A DNA stretch of 36,895 bases, from NCBI GenBank assembly GCA_041579495.1, contig JBFGFQ010000001.1:1-36895 (forward strand), in the 5' to 3' direction. The notes beneath the pieces are model-generated. The model did no database searches. It worked only from the letters and a program-made list of their open reading frames with translations, and had not been told where the DNA came from. The stretch comes from Nocardioides sp. (GTDB lineage: Bacteria; Actinomycetota; Actinomycetes; Propionibacteriales; Nocardioidaceae). The first letter of the stretch is position 1. The number at the start of each line of letters is the position of its first letter. Shown piece by piece: positions 27,849 to 36,770 of the stretch. Made by a program: the position numbers and the translations under genes.

Positions 27849-28525
27849 CCGGCACCCCCGACACGATCGTCCACCTGCTGCGCCACGGCGAGGTGCACAA
27901 CCCCGAGGGCGTGCTCTACGGCCGTCGCGACGGCTTCCACCTCTCCGACCTCGGGCGCCGGATGGCCCAGCGGGTCGCCGACCAGGTCGCCCACCGCGAC
28001 ATCGTGCACGTGCGGTCCTCCCCGCTGGAGCGCGCCCAGGAGACCGGCCGGCCGCTCGCCGAGGCGCTGGGGGTCGAGATCGTCACCGACGAGCGGATCA
28101 TCGAGTCGGCCAACGTCTTCGAGGGCGAGCAGTTCGGCCCCGGCAAGAACGCGCTGAAGAAGCCCTCGACCTGGCGGCACCTGTGGAACCCGTTCAAGCC
28201 GTCGTGGGGCGAGCCCTACAAGGAGATCGTCGAGCGGATGATGGGCGCGGTGCACGAGGCGCGCCGCGAGGCCGAGGGCCACGAGGCCGTCCTGGTCTCC
28301 CACCAGCTGCCGATCTGGACCACGCGGCTGTCGGCCGAGGGCCGCTCCTTCCTCCACGACCCCCGCAAGCGCCAGTGCACGCTGTGCTCGCTGACCTCCT
28401 TCCACTTCGTCGGCGAGCGGCTGGCGCAGGTGTCGTACTCCGAGCCGGCGGGCGACCTGATCCCGACGGGGGACCGCTCGGCCCCCTTCTCGGCGGGCGG
28501 CGCCCCTGAGGAGAAGAAGCCTTGA
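27845..28525 (+). CDS. Histidine phosphatase (phosphoglycerate mutase) family protein
   Basis: [19 protein letters not shown]; ATGA overlap with hemL. Confidence 0.92.
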   Translation: MTGTPDTIVHLLRHGEVHNPEGVLYGRRDGFHLSDLGRRMAQRVADQVAHRDIVHVRSSPLERAQETGRPLAEALGVEIVTDERIIESANVFEGEQFGPGKNALKKPSTWRHLWNPFKPSWGEPYKEIVERMMGAVHEARREAEGHEAVLVSHQLPIWTTRLSAEGRSFLHDPRKRQCTLCSLTSFHFVGERLAQVSYSEPAGDLIPTGDRSAPFSAGGAPEEKKP

Positions 28526-29106
28526 TCCTGCGCTCCCGCCGGGTCGCCCTCGCGGCGGCCCTGCTGCTGCCGCTGGCCGGCTGCTCGTCGCTCGCGGGCA
28601 CCAACGACGCCGGCTACGTGCCCGGCGACGGCCAGGTCGTGGAGTACGAGGTCGGCGACCGCGAGGGCCCGATCGAGCTGTCCGGCGAGACCGTCGACGG
28701 CGGCACCTACGACCTGGCCGACCAGCGCGGCAAGGTCGTGGTGGTCAACGTGTGGTGGAGCGGCTGCGGCCCGTGCATCAAGGAGATGCCGATGCTGACC
28801 GAGGCCGCCGACGAGCTCGGTGACGAGGTCGCCTTCGTCGGCATCAACATCCGCGACAACTCCGCCGCCGACGCGCAGGTCTTCGAGGACCGGCTCGATG
28901 TCGACTACCCCTCGATCTACGCCCCCGACGGACGGGCCCTGCTGGCCTTCCCCGGACGCACCTCGCCCAAGGCGACGCCCTCCACGCTGGTGCTCGACGC
29001 CGAGGGCCGGGTGGCGTCGGTCATCAGCGGCGAGATCCCTTCGAAGACGACGCTGCTCACCCTGGTCGAGTCGGCTCAGGAGCCGGCCCAGGAGTCCGGG
29101 TCGTGA
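28522..29106 (+). CDS. TlpA/ResA-like thiol-disulfide oxidoreductase lipoprotein
   Basis: Lipobox LAGC, VNVWWSGCGPC (CxxC), PSTLVLD; TTG start overlaps the upstream TGA. Confidence 0.9.
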   Translation: MILRSRRVALAAALLLPLAGCSSLAGTNDAGYVPGDGQVVEYEVGDREGPIELSGETVDGGTYDLADQRGKVVVVNVWWSGCGPCIKEMPMLTEAADELGDEVAFVGINIRDNSAADAQVFEDRLDVDYPSIYAPDGRALLAFPGRTSPKATPSTLVLDAEGRVASVISGEIPSKTTLLTLVESAQEPAQESGS

Positions 29107-29858
29107 CCGACTGGCTGCAGCAGACCGCCTCGTCGGGGTCCCTGGCGCTGGCGGCGCCGGTGGCGGTGCTCGCCGGCCTGGTCTCGTTCTTCAGCCCCTG
29201 CGTGCTGCCGCTGCTGCCGGGCTACTTCTCCTACGCCACCGGGCTCTCGGGCGCCGACATCGCGGAGGGCCGTGGCAGCCGGGGCCGGATGGTCGCCGGG
29301 TCGGTGCTCTTCGTGGCCGGCTTCGGCGCGGTGTTCGTGACCCTGGGCGCGCTGGCCGGGTCGGTGAGCACCTGGCTGCGGGTCAACCAGTCGACGCTGA
29401 GCTTCTGGCTCGGGCTCTTCACGATCGTGCTGGGGCTGGCCTTCATCGGGCTGGTGCCGTGGCTGCAGCGCGACCTGCGGGTGCACAAGGTGCCCGCGGT
29501 CGGGCTCGGCGCCGCCCCGGTGCTCGGCTTCCTCTTCGGACTGGGCTGGACGCCCTGCATCGGCCCCACGCTCGGGGTGATCCTCGGGCTCGGCTACAGC
29601 GAGGGCACCGCCGGCCGATCCGCCCTCCTGCTGGCCTTCTACACCCTGGGCCTCGGCGTGCCGTTCGTGCTCGCCGGGCTGCTGTGGCGCCGTGCCCTGG
29701 GCGCCTTCGCGTGGGTGCGCCGCCACCAGGTGTGGGTCACCCGCGTCGGCGGCCTGATGATGGTGGCGGTCGGCGTGCTGCTGGTCACCGGCTGGTGGGA
29801 CTACGCCGTCACCTGGCTGCAGGGCGAGCTCGTCTCCGACTTCGAGGTCGCGATATGA
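29103..29858 (+). CDS. ccdA: Cytochrome c biogenesis protein CcdA
   Basis: FFSPCVLPLLPGY and WTPCIGPTL Cys motifs; multiple TM segments. Confidence 0.94.
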   Translation: MTDWLQQTASSGSLALAAPVAVLAGLVSFFSPCVLPLLPGYFSYATGLSGADIAEGRGSRGRMVAGSVLFVAGFGAVFVTLGALAGSVSTWLRVNQSTLSFWLGLFTIVLGLAFIGLVPWLQRDLRVHKVPAVGLGAAPVLGFLFGLGWTPCIGPTLGVILGLGYSEGTAGRSALLLAFYTLGLGVPFVLAGLLWRRALGAFAWVRRHQVWVTRVGGLMMVAVGVLLVTGWWDYAVTWLQGELVSDFEVAI

Positions 29859-31468
29859 CCGACACCGACACCGACACCGACACCGCCACCGGCCCCGCTG
29901 CGCGGCCCGACGAGGGGCGCCGCGCCGGCGAGCTGACCCCGCGCGAGCTGGGCCGCTGGGCCTGGCGCCAGCTGACGTCGATGCGCACCGCGCTCATCCT
30001 GCTGCTGCTGCTCGCCCTGGCCGCCGTGCCCGGCTCGATCGTGCCGCAGCAGGGCGTCGACGCCCTGGCCGCCTCGCGCTGGCGCGAGGACCACCCCCGG
30101 CTGACCCCGGTCTACGAGTGGCTCGACCTGTTCGACGTCTACGGCTCGGTCTGGTTCGCCGCCATCTACGTGCTGCTGATGATCAGCCTCGTCGGCTGCA
30201 TCATCCCGCGCACGATCGTCTACGCTCGCAACGCGCGGGCGGTCCCGCCCGCCGCGCCGCGCAACCTGCTCCGCCTGCCCGACCACGCGTCGTACGAGAG
30301 CGAGCAGGGGGTCGAGGAGGTCCTCGAGCAGGCGCGCGCCGAGCTGCGCCGGCGCCGCTACCGGCTGCGCCCGGCCGACGCCGACGGCCCCGGGGCCGGG
30401 GCGGTCTCGGCCGAGCGCGGCTACCTGCGCGAGGTCGGCAACCTGGTCTTCCACCTCTCGATCATCGTGGTGCTGGTGGGCTTCGCGATGGGCAGCCTGC
30501 TCGGCTACAAGGGCGGCGTGATCGTGCTGGTCGGCAGCGGCTTCTCCAACAACCTCACCCAGTACGACGACTTCGTGCCCGGCTCGGCGTTCTCGGCCGC
30601 CGAGATGGAGCCGTTCTCCTTCGACGTCGAGGACTTCGAGGTGGAGTGGCTCACCGAGGGCCGCGCCCGGGGCCAGGCCCGCAACTTCGTGGCCCAGCTG
30701 CGCTACCGCGAGGAGCCGGGCGCGCCGGAGCAGGACTACGACCTGCGGGTCAACCACCCGCTGCAGATCGGCGACTCCGAGGTCTTCCTGGTCGGGCACG
30801 GCTACGCCCCCGTGATCACGGTGCGCGACGCGCGCGGCGAGGTGGTGGCCAGCGGGCCGCGCGTCTTCCTGCCCCAGGACCAGAGCTTCCTGTCGTTCGG
30901 CGTCGTGAAGGCGCCCGCGGCCGAGCCCGAGGGGCTCGGGCTGGAGGGGCTCTTCTACCCGACCTTCGTCAACATCGACGGCGACCCCGTCAACGTCATG
31001 GGCGACACCCTCAACCCGGCGATCTCGATGCTGGTCCACCGCGGCGACCTGGGCCTCGACAGCGGTGAGTCGCAGTCGGTCTACATCCTCGACAAGGACG
31101 AGACCGAGCAGGTGACGGAGGCCGACGGCAGCCCGCTGCGCGTCGACCTGCAGCCGGGCGCGACCCAGGAGCTGCCCGACGGCCTGGGCAGCGTCACCTT
31201 CGAGGGCGTGCAGCCGTGGGTGCGGGTGCAGGTCAGCCAGAGCCCCGGCAAGGAGCTGGCCCTCGTCGGCGTCGTCGCGGCGCTGCTCGGGCTGCTCGGC
31301 AGCCTCTTCATCCGGCCCCGCCGGGTGTGGGTGCGGGCCCGGCGCGAGGACGGCCGCACGGTCGTCGAGCTCGCCGCCCTCGACCGCTCCGGCGGCGGGG
31401 ACGTCGCGCTGGTGCTCGCCGATATCGTGGACACGTTGCGTCCCGCAGCGCAGAAGGAGCAGTCATGA
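29855..31468 (+). CDS. resB: Cytochrome c biogenesis protein ResB (Ccs1/CcsB-type)
   Basis: WRQLTSMRTALILL, PGSIVPQ, SLVGCIIPR, GNLVFH, VNHPL, RRVW; ATGA overlap with ccdA. Confidence 0.92.
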   Translation: MTDTDTDTDTATGPAARPDEGRRAGELTPRELGRWAWRQLTSMRTALILLLLLALAAVPGSIVPQQGVDALAASRWREDHPRLTPVYEWLDLFDVYGSVWFAAIYVLLMISLVGCIIPRTIVYARNARAVPPAAPRNLLRLPDHASYESEQGVEEVLEQARAELRRRRYRLRPADADGPGAGAVSAERGYLREVGNLVFHLSIIVVLVGFAMGSLLGYKGGVIVLVGSGFSNNLTQYDDFVPGSAFSAAEMEPFSFDVEDFEVEWLTEGRARGQARNFVAQLRYREEPGAPEQDYDLRVNHPLQIGDSEVFLVGHGYAPVITVRDARGEVVASGPRVFLPQDQSFLSFGVVKAPAAEPEGLGLEGLFYPTFVNIDGDPVNVMGDTLNPAISMLVHRGDLGLDSGESQSVYILDKDETEQVTEADGSPLRVDLQPGATQELPDGLGSVTFEGVQPWVRVQVSQSPGKELALVGVVAALLGLLGSLFIRPRRVWVRARREDGRTVVELAALDRSGGGDVALVLADIVDTLRPAAQKEQS

Positions 31469-32472
31469 CCGACCCGTCCTGGGAGGCGCTGAGCCAGCAG
31501 GCCGTCGCCGCCGCCGGTGCCGTCTACTTCCTGGCGATGCTCTCGCACCTGGTGGAGTGGACCCTGCTGCGCAAGGTGCCGGCCACCGCCGAGGTCGCGC
31601 GGGTCTCCGCCGGCGCGGGGTCCGTGGCCCTCGCCGACGGTGGTGCGGGCGCGGGCGTCACCGACGAGGCGCACGAGCGCCGGGTCCTGATGGCCGGTCG
31701 CCTCGGGCTGCTGCTGACCTGGCTGGGCGCCGGCGTGCACCTGGTGGCGCTGGTGGGCCGCGGCATGGCCGCGGACCCGAACCGGGTGCCCTGGGGCAAC
31801 ATGTACGAGTTCACGCTGTCGGGCACGTTCGTGGTCGCCGCGCTCTACCTGGCCACCCGCCGTCGCTTCGGCCTGGGCTGGATGGCCCCGATCGTGGTCG
31901 CCACCGTGCTGGTGCTGCTCATGGTCGCCGAGATCTGGCTCTACGCCCCGGTCTCGCCGCTGACCGAGGCGCTGAACTCGCCCTGGCTGGTCATCCACGT
32001 CGTCTCCGCCGTCATCGCCACCGCCGCCTTCACGCTGGGCGGCATCACCTCGGCGCTCTACCTGCTCAAGGAGCGCGCGCTCGCCAAGCACCCCGAGCGC
32101 ACGACCGGCTACCTGGCGCGGGTCCCGGCGCCGGCCGTCCTCGACCGGGTCTCCTACCGGATGCACGCCTTCGGCTTCCCGGTGTGGACCTTCGCGGTGC
32201 TCATCACCGGCCCGATCTGGGCGCACGAGGCCTGGGCGTCGTACTGGAACTGGGACCCCAAGGAGGTCTGGGCCTTCATCACCTGGGTCGTGTACGCCGC
32301 CTACCTGCACGCCCGCTCGACAGCCGGCTTCAAGGGCCGCTACGCCGCGATGATCGCGCTGGTGGGCCTGGGCACGCTGTGGTTCAACTTCATCGGCATC
32401 AACTTCTTCTCGAGCACCTCGCAGCACTCCTACGCCGACGCCTCCAGCGCGGTGGCCTCCCCCCTCGACTGA
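31465..32472 (+). CDS. ccsB: c-type cytochrome biogenesis protein (System II heme ligase, ResC/CcsA-type)
   Basis: RVPWGNMYEF, WLVIHV, WWD domain WAHEAWASYWNWDPKEVW, YLHAR, HSY. Confidence 0.95.
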   Translation: MTDPSWEALSQQAVAAAGAVYFLAMLSHLVEWTLLRKVPATAEVARVSAGAGSVALADGGAGAGVTDEAHERRVLMAGRLGLLLTWLGAGVHLVALVGRGMAADPNRVPWGNMYEFTLSGTFVVAALYLATRRRFGLGWMAPIVVATVLVLLMVAEIWLYAPVSPLTEALNSPWLVIHVVSAVIATAAFTLGGITSALYLLKERALAKHPERTTGYLARVPAPAVLDRVSYRMHAFGFPVWTFAVLITGPIWAHEAWASYWNWDPKEVWAFITWVVYAAYLHARSTAGFKGRYAAMIALVGLGTLWFNFIGINFFSSTSQHSYADASSAVASPLD

Positions 32473-32669
32473 CGAGCAGTCACCTTCGCACCGCCGAGCA
32501 GTCAACACCGCACCTGGCGATGGTCCGCTCGGGCTCGGTCGGGCGGGGCGCGGCGACGTTGTGTCCCATCGCCCCATGCTCGACTCCGCGCGCTCGGACC
32601 CGGTGCCGCGCCCGGTCGTCGACGGCTGGTGCAGACGTGACCGGTCGGTGGTGCGAAAGTGACTGCTCG
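32473..32669. repeat. 197-bp non-coding element bounded by 25-bp terminal inverted repeats (MITE/REP-like)
   Basis: Left CGAGCAGTCACCTTCGCACCGCCGA (32473-32497) versus reverse complement of 32645-32669, CGAGCAGTCACTTTCGCACCACCGA: 23/25. A second degenerate unit starts 22 bp inside the left end. Confidence 0.75.
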
Positions 32670-32679
32670 GCCCGCGGGG

Positions 32680-32907
32680 TCAGGTGGCGGGGGTGTCGGG
32701 GTCCTCGGGGTGGCGGCGCTTGCGCTCGAGGTCGCGCAGGAAGTCCTCGTCGTCGTCGGGGGCGACCATGCGGGGCTTGGGCCGGGGGCCCGGGAGCGGG
32801 CGGCGCACGCCCTGGGAGCCGCCGCCGGGCAGGCCGCGCTGCATCAGACGGATGGCGAGGTAGGTGACGATTGCGACGAACGCCACCACCAGCAGGAACT
32901 TCAGCAC
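32680..32907 (-). CDS. Small membrane protein with APDDDEDFL motif
   Basis: One N-terminal TM segment, Pro/Arg linker and acidic APDDDxDFL motif; TACATT 6 nt before the GTG. Confidence 0.75.
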   Translation of the reverse strand: MLKFLLVVAFVAIVTYLAIRLMQRGLPGGGSQGVRRPLPGPRPKPRMVAPDDDEDFLRDLERKRRHPEDPDTPAT

Positions 32908-32951
32908 CCCTCCAATGTAGGCGCTGCCCGGTGACGACCTACCCTGGAGGG

Positions 32952-33212
32952 GTGAAGGAGTTCGTCGTCTACACCGGTCTGCGCATCGTCCTGTTCCTCG
33001 CCTCGCTCGGCGTGGTCAGCGGGATCTGGCTGCTCGTGGCCGGTCAGGCCAACCTGCTGGGCGTGTTCGTGATCGCGTTCGTGCTCAGCGGCATCGGGTC
33101 CTACTACCTGCTCAACGGCCCCCGCGAGGCGCTGGCGCAGCGCGTCGACGCCCGGGCCCGGGCGGCAGGGCAGCGCTTCGAGGAGCGGAAGGCGCGCGAG
33201 GACGTCGACTGA
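32952..33212 (+). CDS. DUF4229-family small membrane protein
   Basis: YTGLRIVLF, two TM segments, SYYLLNGPR, acidic C-terminus REDVD; TACCCT 6 nt before the GTG. Confidence 0.8.
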   Translation: MKEFVVYTGLRIVLFLASLGVVSGIWLLVAGQANLLGVFVIAFVLSGIGSYYLLNGPREALAQRVDARARAAGQRFEERKAREDVD

Positions 33213-33214
33213 CC

Positions 33215-33349
33215 TCAGCGCTTCCGGCGGTTCAGGTGCCGGTCGACCCGGCTCGACGACTGGCCCAGCACCTTGCCCAGCAGCACGCTGCGCATCCGCC
33301 AGGCCGCGACGACGGCGATGATCACGAGGACGAGCAGCACGAGCTTCAT
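33215..33349 (-). CDS. 44-aa single-TM basic small protein
   Basis: Not in the ORF track. MKLVLLVLVIIAVVAAWRMRSVLLGKVLGQSSSRVDRHLNRRKR; all sense codons end in G/C; TAGGCT 6 nt before the ATG. Confidence 0.8.
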   Translation of the reverse strand: MKLVLLVLVIIAVVAAWRMRSVLLGKVLGQSSSRVDRHLNRRKR

Positions 33350-33381
33350 GCCCCGAGCCTAGCCCCGACGGTGTCGGGCCC

Positions 33382-34254
33382 TCAGAGGACGAGCAGCGGC
33401 GCGGCCACCAGCACCGACCACACCAGCTCGGCCGAGCCGGTGGCCTGCAGCACCGGCACCAGCGCCGGTCCGGTGGCGCCGCCGCCGACCACGCGCAGGC
33501 CAGGCAGCGCCGCGACCAGGAAGCCCAGGCCGAGCAGCGCCCACCACGTGGTGAGCGCCGCGACGCCGAGCACGGCCAGCGCGGCGAGCGCGACCAGTGC
33601 GGCGTACAGGGTGCGGGTGCGGGCGTCGCCCAGCAGCACCGCGAGGGTGCGCTTGCCGGCGACGGTGTCGGTGGGGATGTCGCGCAGGTTGTTGACCACC
33701 AGGATCGCGCAGGCCAGGGCGCCGACGCCGACCGAGGCGGCGAGCGCGGCGGGCTCGAAGGTCTCGGTCTGCACGTAGGTGGTGCCGACGACCGCGACCA
33801 GGCCGAAGAAGACGAAGACCATCACCTCGCCCAGGCCCAGGTAGCCGTAGGGCTTGTCACCGCCGGTGTAGGACCAGGCGGCCAGGACGCTGACCGCGCC
33901 CACCGCCACCAGCCACCAGGCGGTGCTGGCGGCGAGCACCAGGCCGGCCGCGGCCGCGACGCCGAACGCGGCGAAGGCGGCCCGCTTGACGGCGGGCGCG
34001 GCGGCGGCACCGGAGCCGACCAGCCGCATCGGGCCGACCCGGTCGTCGTCGGTGCCGCGCACGCCGTCGGAGTAGTCGTTGGCGTAGTTGACGCCGACCT
34101 GGAGCGCGAGGCTGACCACGAGGGCCAGCAGGGCCTTCCACCACACCGGCTCGTCGACGTACGCCGCGACGCCGGTGCCGGCGAGCACGGGCGCGACGGC
34201 GGCGGGCAGGGTGCGGGGTCGCGCGCCGGCGAGCCATTGAGCGGGGGTAGCCAC
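33382..34254 (-). CDS. menA: 1,4-dihydroxy-2-naphthoate polyprenyltransferase
   Basis: WLAGARPRTLPAA, NYANDYSDGVRGTD, YTGG..YGYLGLGE, NNLRDIPTD..GKRTLAV. Confidence 0.96.
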   Translation of the reverse strand: MATPAQWLAGARPRTLPAAVAPVLAGTGVAAYVDEPVWWKALLALVVSLALQVGVNYANDYSDGVRGTDDDRVGPMRLVGSGAAAAPAVKRAAFAAFGVAAAAGLVLAASTAWWLVAVGAVSVLAAWSYTGGDKPYGYLGLGEVMVFVFFGLVAVVGTTYVQTETFEPAALAASVGVGALACAILVVNNLRDIPTDTVAGKRTLAVLLGDARTRTLYAALVALAALAVLGVAALTTWWALLGLGFLVAALPGLRVVGGGATGPALVPVLQATGSAELVWSVLVAAPLLVL

Positions 34255-34298
34255 GACAGGAGATTCAACCCCAGCGCGGCCCCGGCGCCCGACGCGGG

Positions 34299-35585
34299 TC
34301 AGCGGGCCGGGTCGAGCTCGTGGCGCTCCAGGAAGCGCTGCGCCATCCGGGCCGAGGGGTGGATGGCCACCGCTGCGACCAGGATGATCGCGGCGATCAC
34401 CAGCCAGCCCTGCGTGCCCCAGCTCAGCGCCAGCCACGTGTAGGCGGCCGGGGCCCAGACGAAGCCGAGGGTGCCGCCGAGGTTGCCGGCGCCCTGGTAC
34501 TCGCCGCGCCGGTCGGGGTCGGAGAGCTCGGACTCGAAGGCCCAGCTCGCCGCGGAGAGGAACAGCTCGGCGCCGGTGACGACGATGTGGCCGGCCCACA
34601 TCAGCGCGATGGTCTGCCAGCCGAGGGTGTCGCGGGTGACCATGGTGATGACGCAGGCCATCACGAAGAACGCGCTGCTGATCCGGGTGGCGCGCAGTGC
34701 GGTCGGCAGGCCCTGGACGGTGCGGGCCACGGCCATCGGCAGCACGATGCACATCAGGGTGTTGGTGGCGAAGAGCGCGGCCAGCAGCACCCGGGGCGCG
34801 TCGGTCTCGGAGATCAGCCACAGCGGGATCACCGTGTGCAGCAGCACCTGGTTGGTCATCAGCACGCCGCTGAAGAACGCGGTCAGCAGATAGCCGGGGT
34901 TGCGCAGCGCGCCGGGGACGGCCCGCGGGGCGTCGGTCTCGTCGACGGCGGCGGTGATCGCGGTCTCCAGCGGCGAGGGCCGCTCCTGGTGCGGCGCCTT
35001 CGGCAGCCGGGTGATCCAGTAGCCGTTGACCAGGCTCAGCGCCGCGGTCAGCAGCGGCAGCCCGGTGAGCAGCGTGTCGCCCTCGAAGGCCAGCGCGACG
35101 AAGCTCAGGCCGGCGCCGACGGTGAACCCGAGGTTGGTGGCGGCGTACATGTAGGCCTGGGAGCCGATCCGCTCGGCACGCGGCAGCACGTCGAGGACGT
35201 AGGCCCCGCGGGCCGCGCCGCCGGTCGAGTTGACCACCTCGAGGACCACGCTGACCACCAGGAACGCGACGAACCCGTCGATCCAGGGCCAGGTGGCGTA
35301 CGTCGCCGCCGTGCCGACCGCGCCGATCGCCCACAGCCGCTGCGGGCCGATCCGGTCGGCCAGCTTGCCGGCCGGCACCGCGACCAGGAAGGAGGCCACG
35401 CCCGCGACGGTGATCCCGATGCCGACCTGGGCCGGGGAGAGCCCGACGACCACGAAGAAGAAGGCGGCGCTGGCGGTGATGAACGCGCCGTCGCCGACGG
35501 CGAAGAGAACCGACTGGACCGACAGCTTGCCCGCCAGCGGGGTGGGGGGCACGAACTGCTGCAGGAGGCGGGGACGGGTCGGCAC
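34299..35585 (-). CDS. MFS transporter
   Basis: About 12 hydrophobic segments, motif A GKLADRIGPQR, RRGEYQG. The start GTG is approximate. Confidence 0.88.
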   Translation of the reverse strand: MPTRPRLLQQFVPPTPLAGKLSVQSVLFAVGDGAFITASAAFFFVVVGLSPAQVGIGITVAGVASFLVAVPAGKLADRIGPQRLWAIGAVGTAATYATWPWIDGFVAFLVVSVVLEVVNSTGGAARGAYVLDVLPRAERIGSQAYMYAATNLGFTVGAGLSFVALAFEGDTLLTGLPLLTAALSLVNGYWITRLPKAPHQERPSPLETAITAAVDETDAPRAVPGALRNPGYLLTAFFSGVLMTNQVLLHTVIPLWLISETDAPRVLLAALFATNTLMCIVLPMAVARTVQGLPTALRATRISSAFFVMACVITMVTRDTLGWQTIALMWAGHIVVTGAELFLSAASWAFESELSDPDRRGEYQGAGNLGGTLGFVWAPAAYTWLALSWGTQGWLVIAAIILVAAVAIHPSARMAQRFLERHELDPAR

Positions 35586-35621
35586 CGGAGGATGAGACCA
35601 CGCCGGGCTAGCGTTCGTCGC

Positions 35622-36650
35622 ATGGATATCGACCCCGGTGGCACGCGTCACGCGGTGGCCGCGCTGCGCGACTGGCTGGGCGCGCCCGGCGAGCCCGAGC
35701 CGTGGGTCGTGGAGACCTCCGGGTCGACCGGCCGGCCCAAGCGGGTGCTGCTGCCGCGGGCCTCGGTGCTCGCCTCCGTCGAGGCGTCGGCGCGGCGTCT
35801 CGGGGTCGCCGGCGCCTGGGTGCTGGCGCTGCCCGCGGCGTACGTCGCCGGGGTGCAGGTGGTGGCCCGCTCGCTGGTGGCCGGTCACGAGCCGGTGCTG
35901 CTCGAGGAGCACGGCACGCTGGCCGCGGCGGTGGCCGCGCTGCCCGCCGGGGTCGACGGATTCGTCTCCCTGGTGCCCACCCAGCTGCACCGGGCGCTGG
36001 CCGACCCCGACGACACGGCGGCGCTCGCCTCGCTGCGCACCGTGCTGCTGGGTGGCGGCCCGATCGACGCGGCGCTGCGCGAGCGGGCCGCCGCGGCGGG
36101 GGTGCGCGTGGTGGCGACGTACGGCTCGGCCGAGACGGCGGGCGGCTGCGTCTACGACGGGGTGCCGCTCGACGGCGTCGGTCTCGCGCTGGGCCCCGAC
36201 GGGCGGATCCGGCTCAGCGGGCCGACGCTCTTCGCGGGCTACGACGGCGACCCGGCGCTGACCGCCGAGGTGCTGGTCGACGGCTGGTTCCTCACCTCCG
36301 ACGCCGGCCGCCTCGACGACGACGGCCGGCTGCAGGTGCTCGGGCGCCTCGACGACGTGGTGGTCACCGGCGGGGTCAACGTGCCGGCCCCCGCGGTCGC
36401 CGCGCGGCTGCGCGAGCACCCCGGTGTCGAGGCCGCCGAGGTGCTCGGGGTGCCCGACGAGGAGTGGGGGCGCCGGCTGGTGGCGTTCGTGGTCGGCACC
36501 GCCGGGGCGGTGCCCCTCGACGACCTGCGCGCCTGGGTCGCCGAGGCGCACCCGCGCTCGTGGGCGCCCCGGCAGGTCGTCGACCTCCCGGCCCTGCCCC
36601 TGCTCGGCAACGGCAAGTCCGACCGGGTGGCGCTGATGGCGATGGTGGGC
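35622..36650 (+). CDS. menE: o-succinylbenzoate--CoA ligase domain (no stop codon; continues in frame into menC; end coordinate is the approximate domain boundary)
   Basis: Manual translation from ATG 35622: TSGSTGRPK, SLVPTQL, LLGGG, TYGSAETAGGCVYDG, TSD, GRLDDV..GGVNV, PDEEWG, GNGKSDR. Absent from the ORF track because the frame stays open to the window end. Confidence 0.9.
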
Positions 36651-36665
36651 GCGCGCCAAGGGGCT

Positions 36666-36761
36666 GCCGTTGGTGACCAGTCGGCGCCTCCCGGGACAGG
36701 TTCGACGCCGTTGGTGACCAAACGGCGACCAGATGTGACGCACGTGACCGGCGGCGTCGGA
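36666..36761. repeat. Palindromic/direct-repeat insert at the menE-menC junction
   Basis: GCCGTTGGTGACCA twice (36666-36679, 36707-36720); hairpin CGCCGTT-GGTGACCA-AACGGCG; TTCGACGCCG (36701-36710) pairs with CGGCGTCGGA (36752-36761). Confidence 0.65.
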
Positions 36762-36770
36762 GAGACCCAC

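Noticed and set aside
29858-29890. (ACCGAC)4 microsatellite at the resB start as a phase-variation tract
   Set aside because: Hexamer units preserve the frame and only change a Thr-Asp tail.
32636-36751. Shared ACGTGACCGG between the 32473 element and the menE-menC insert, suggesting one repeat family
   Set aside because: Only a 10-nt match in very GC-rich DNA, and the flanks do not align.
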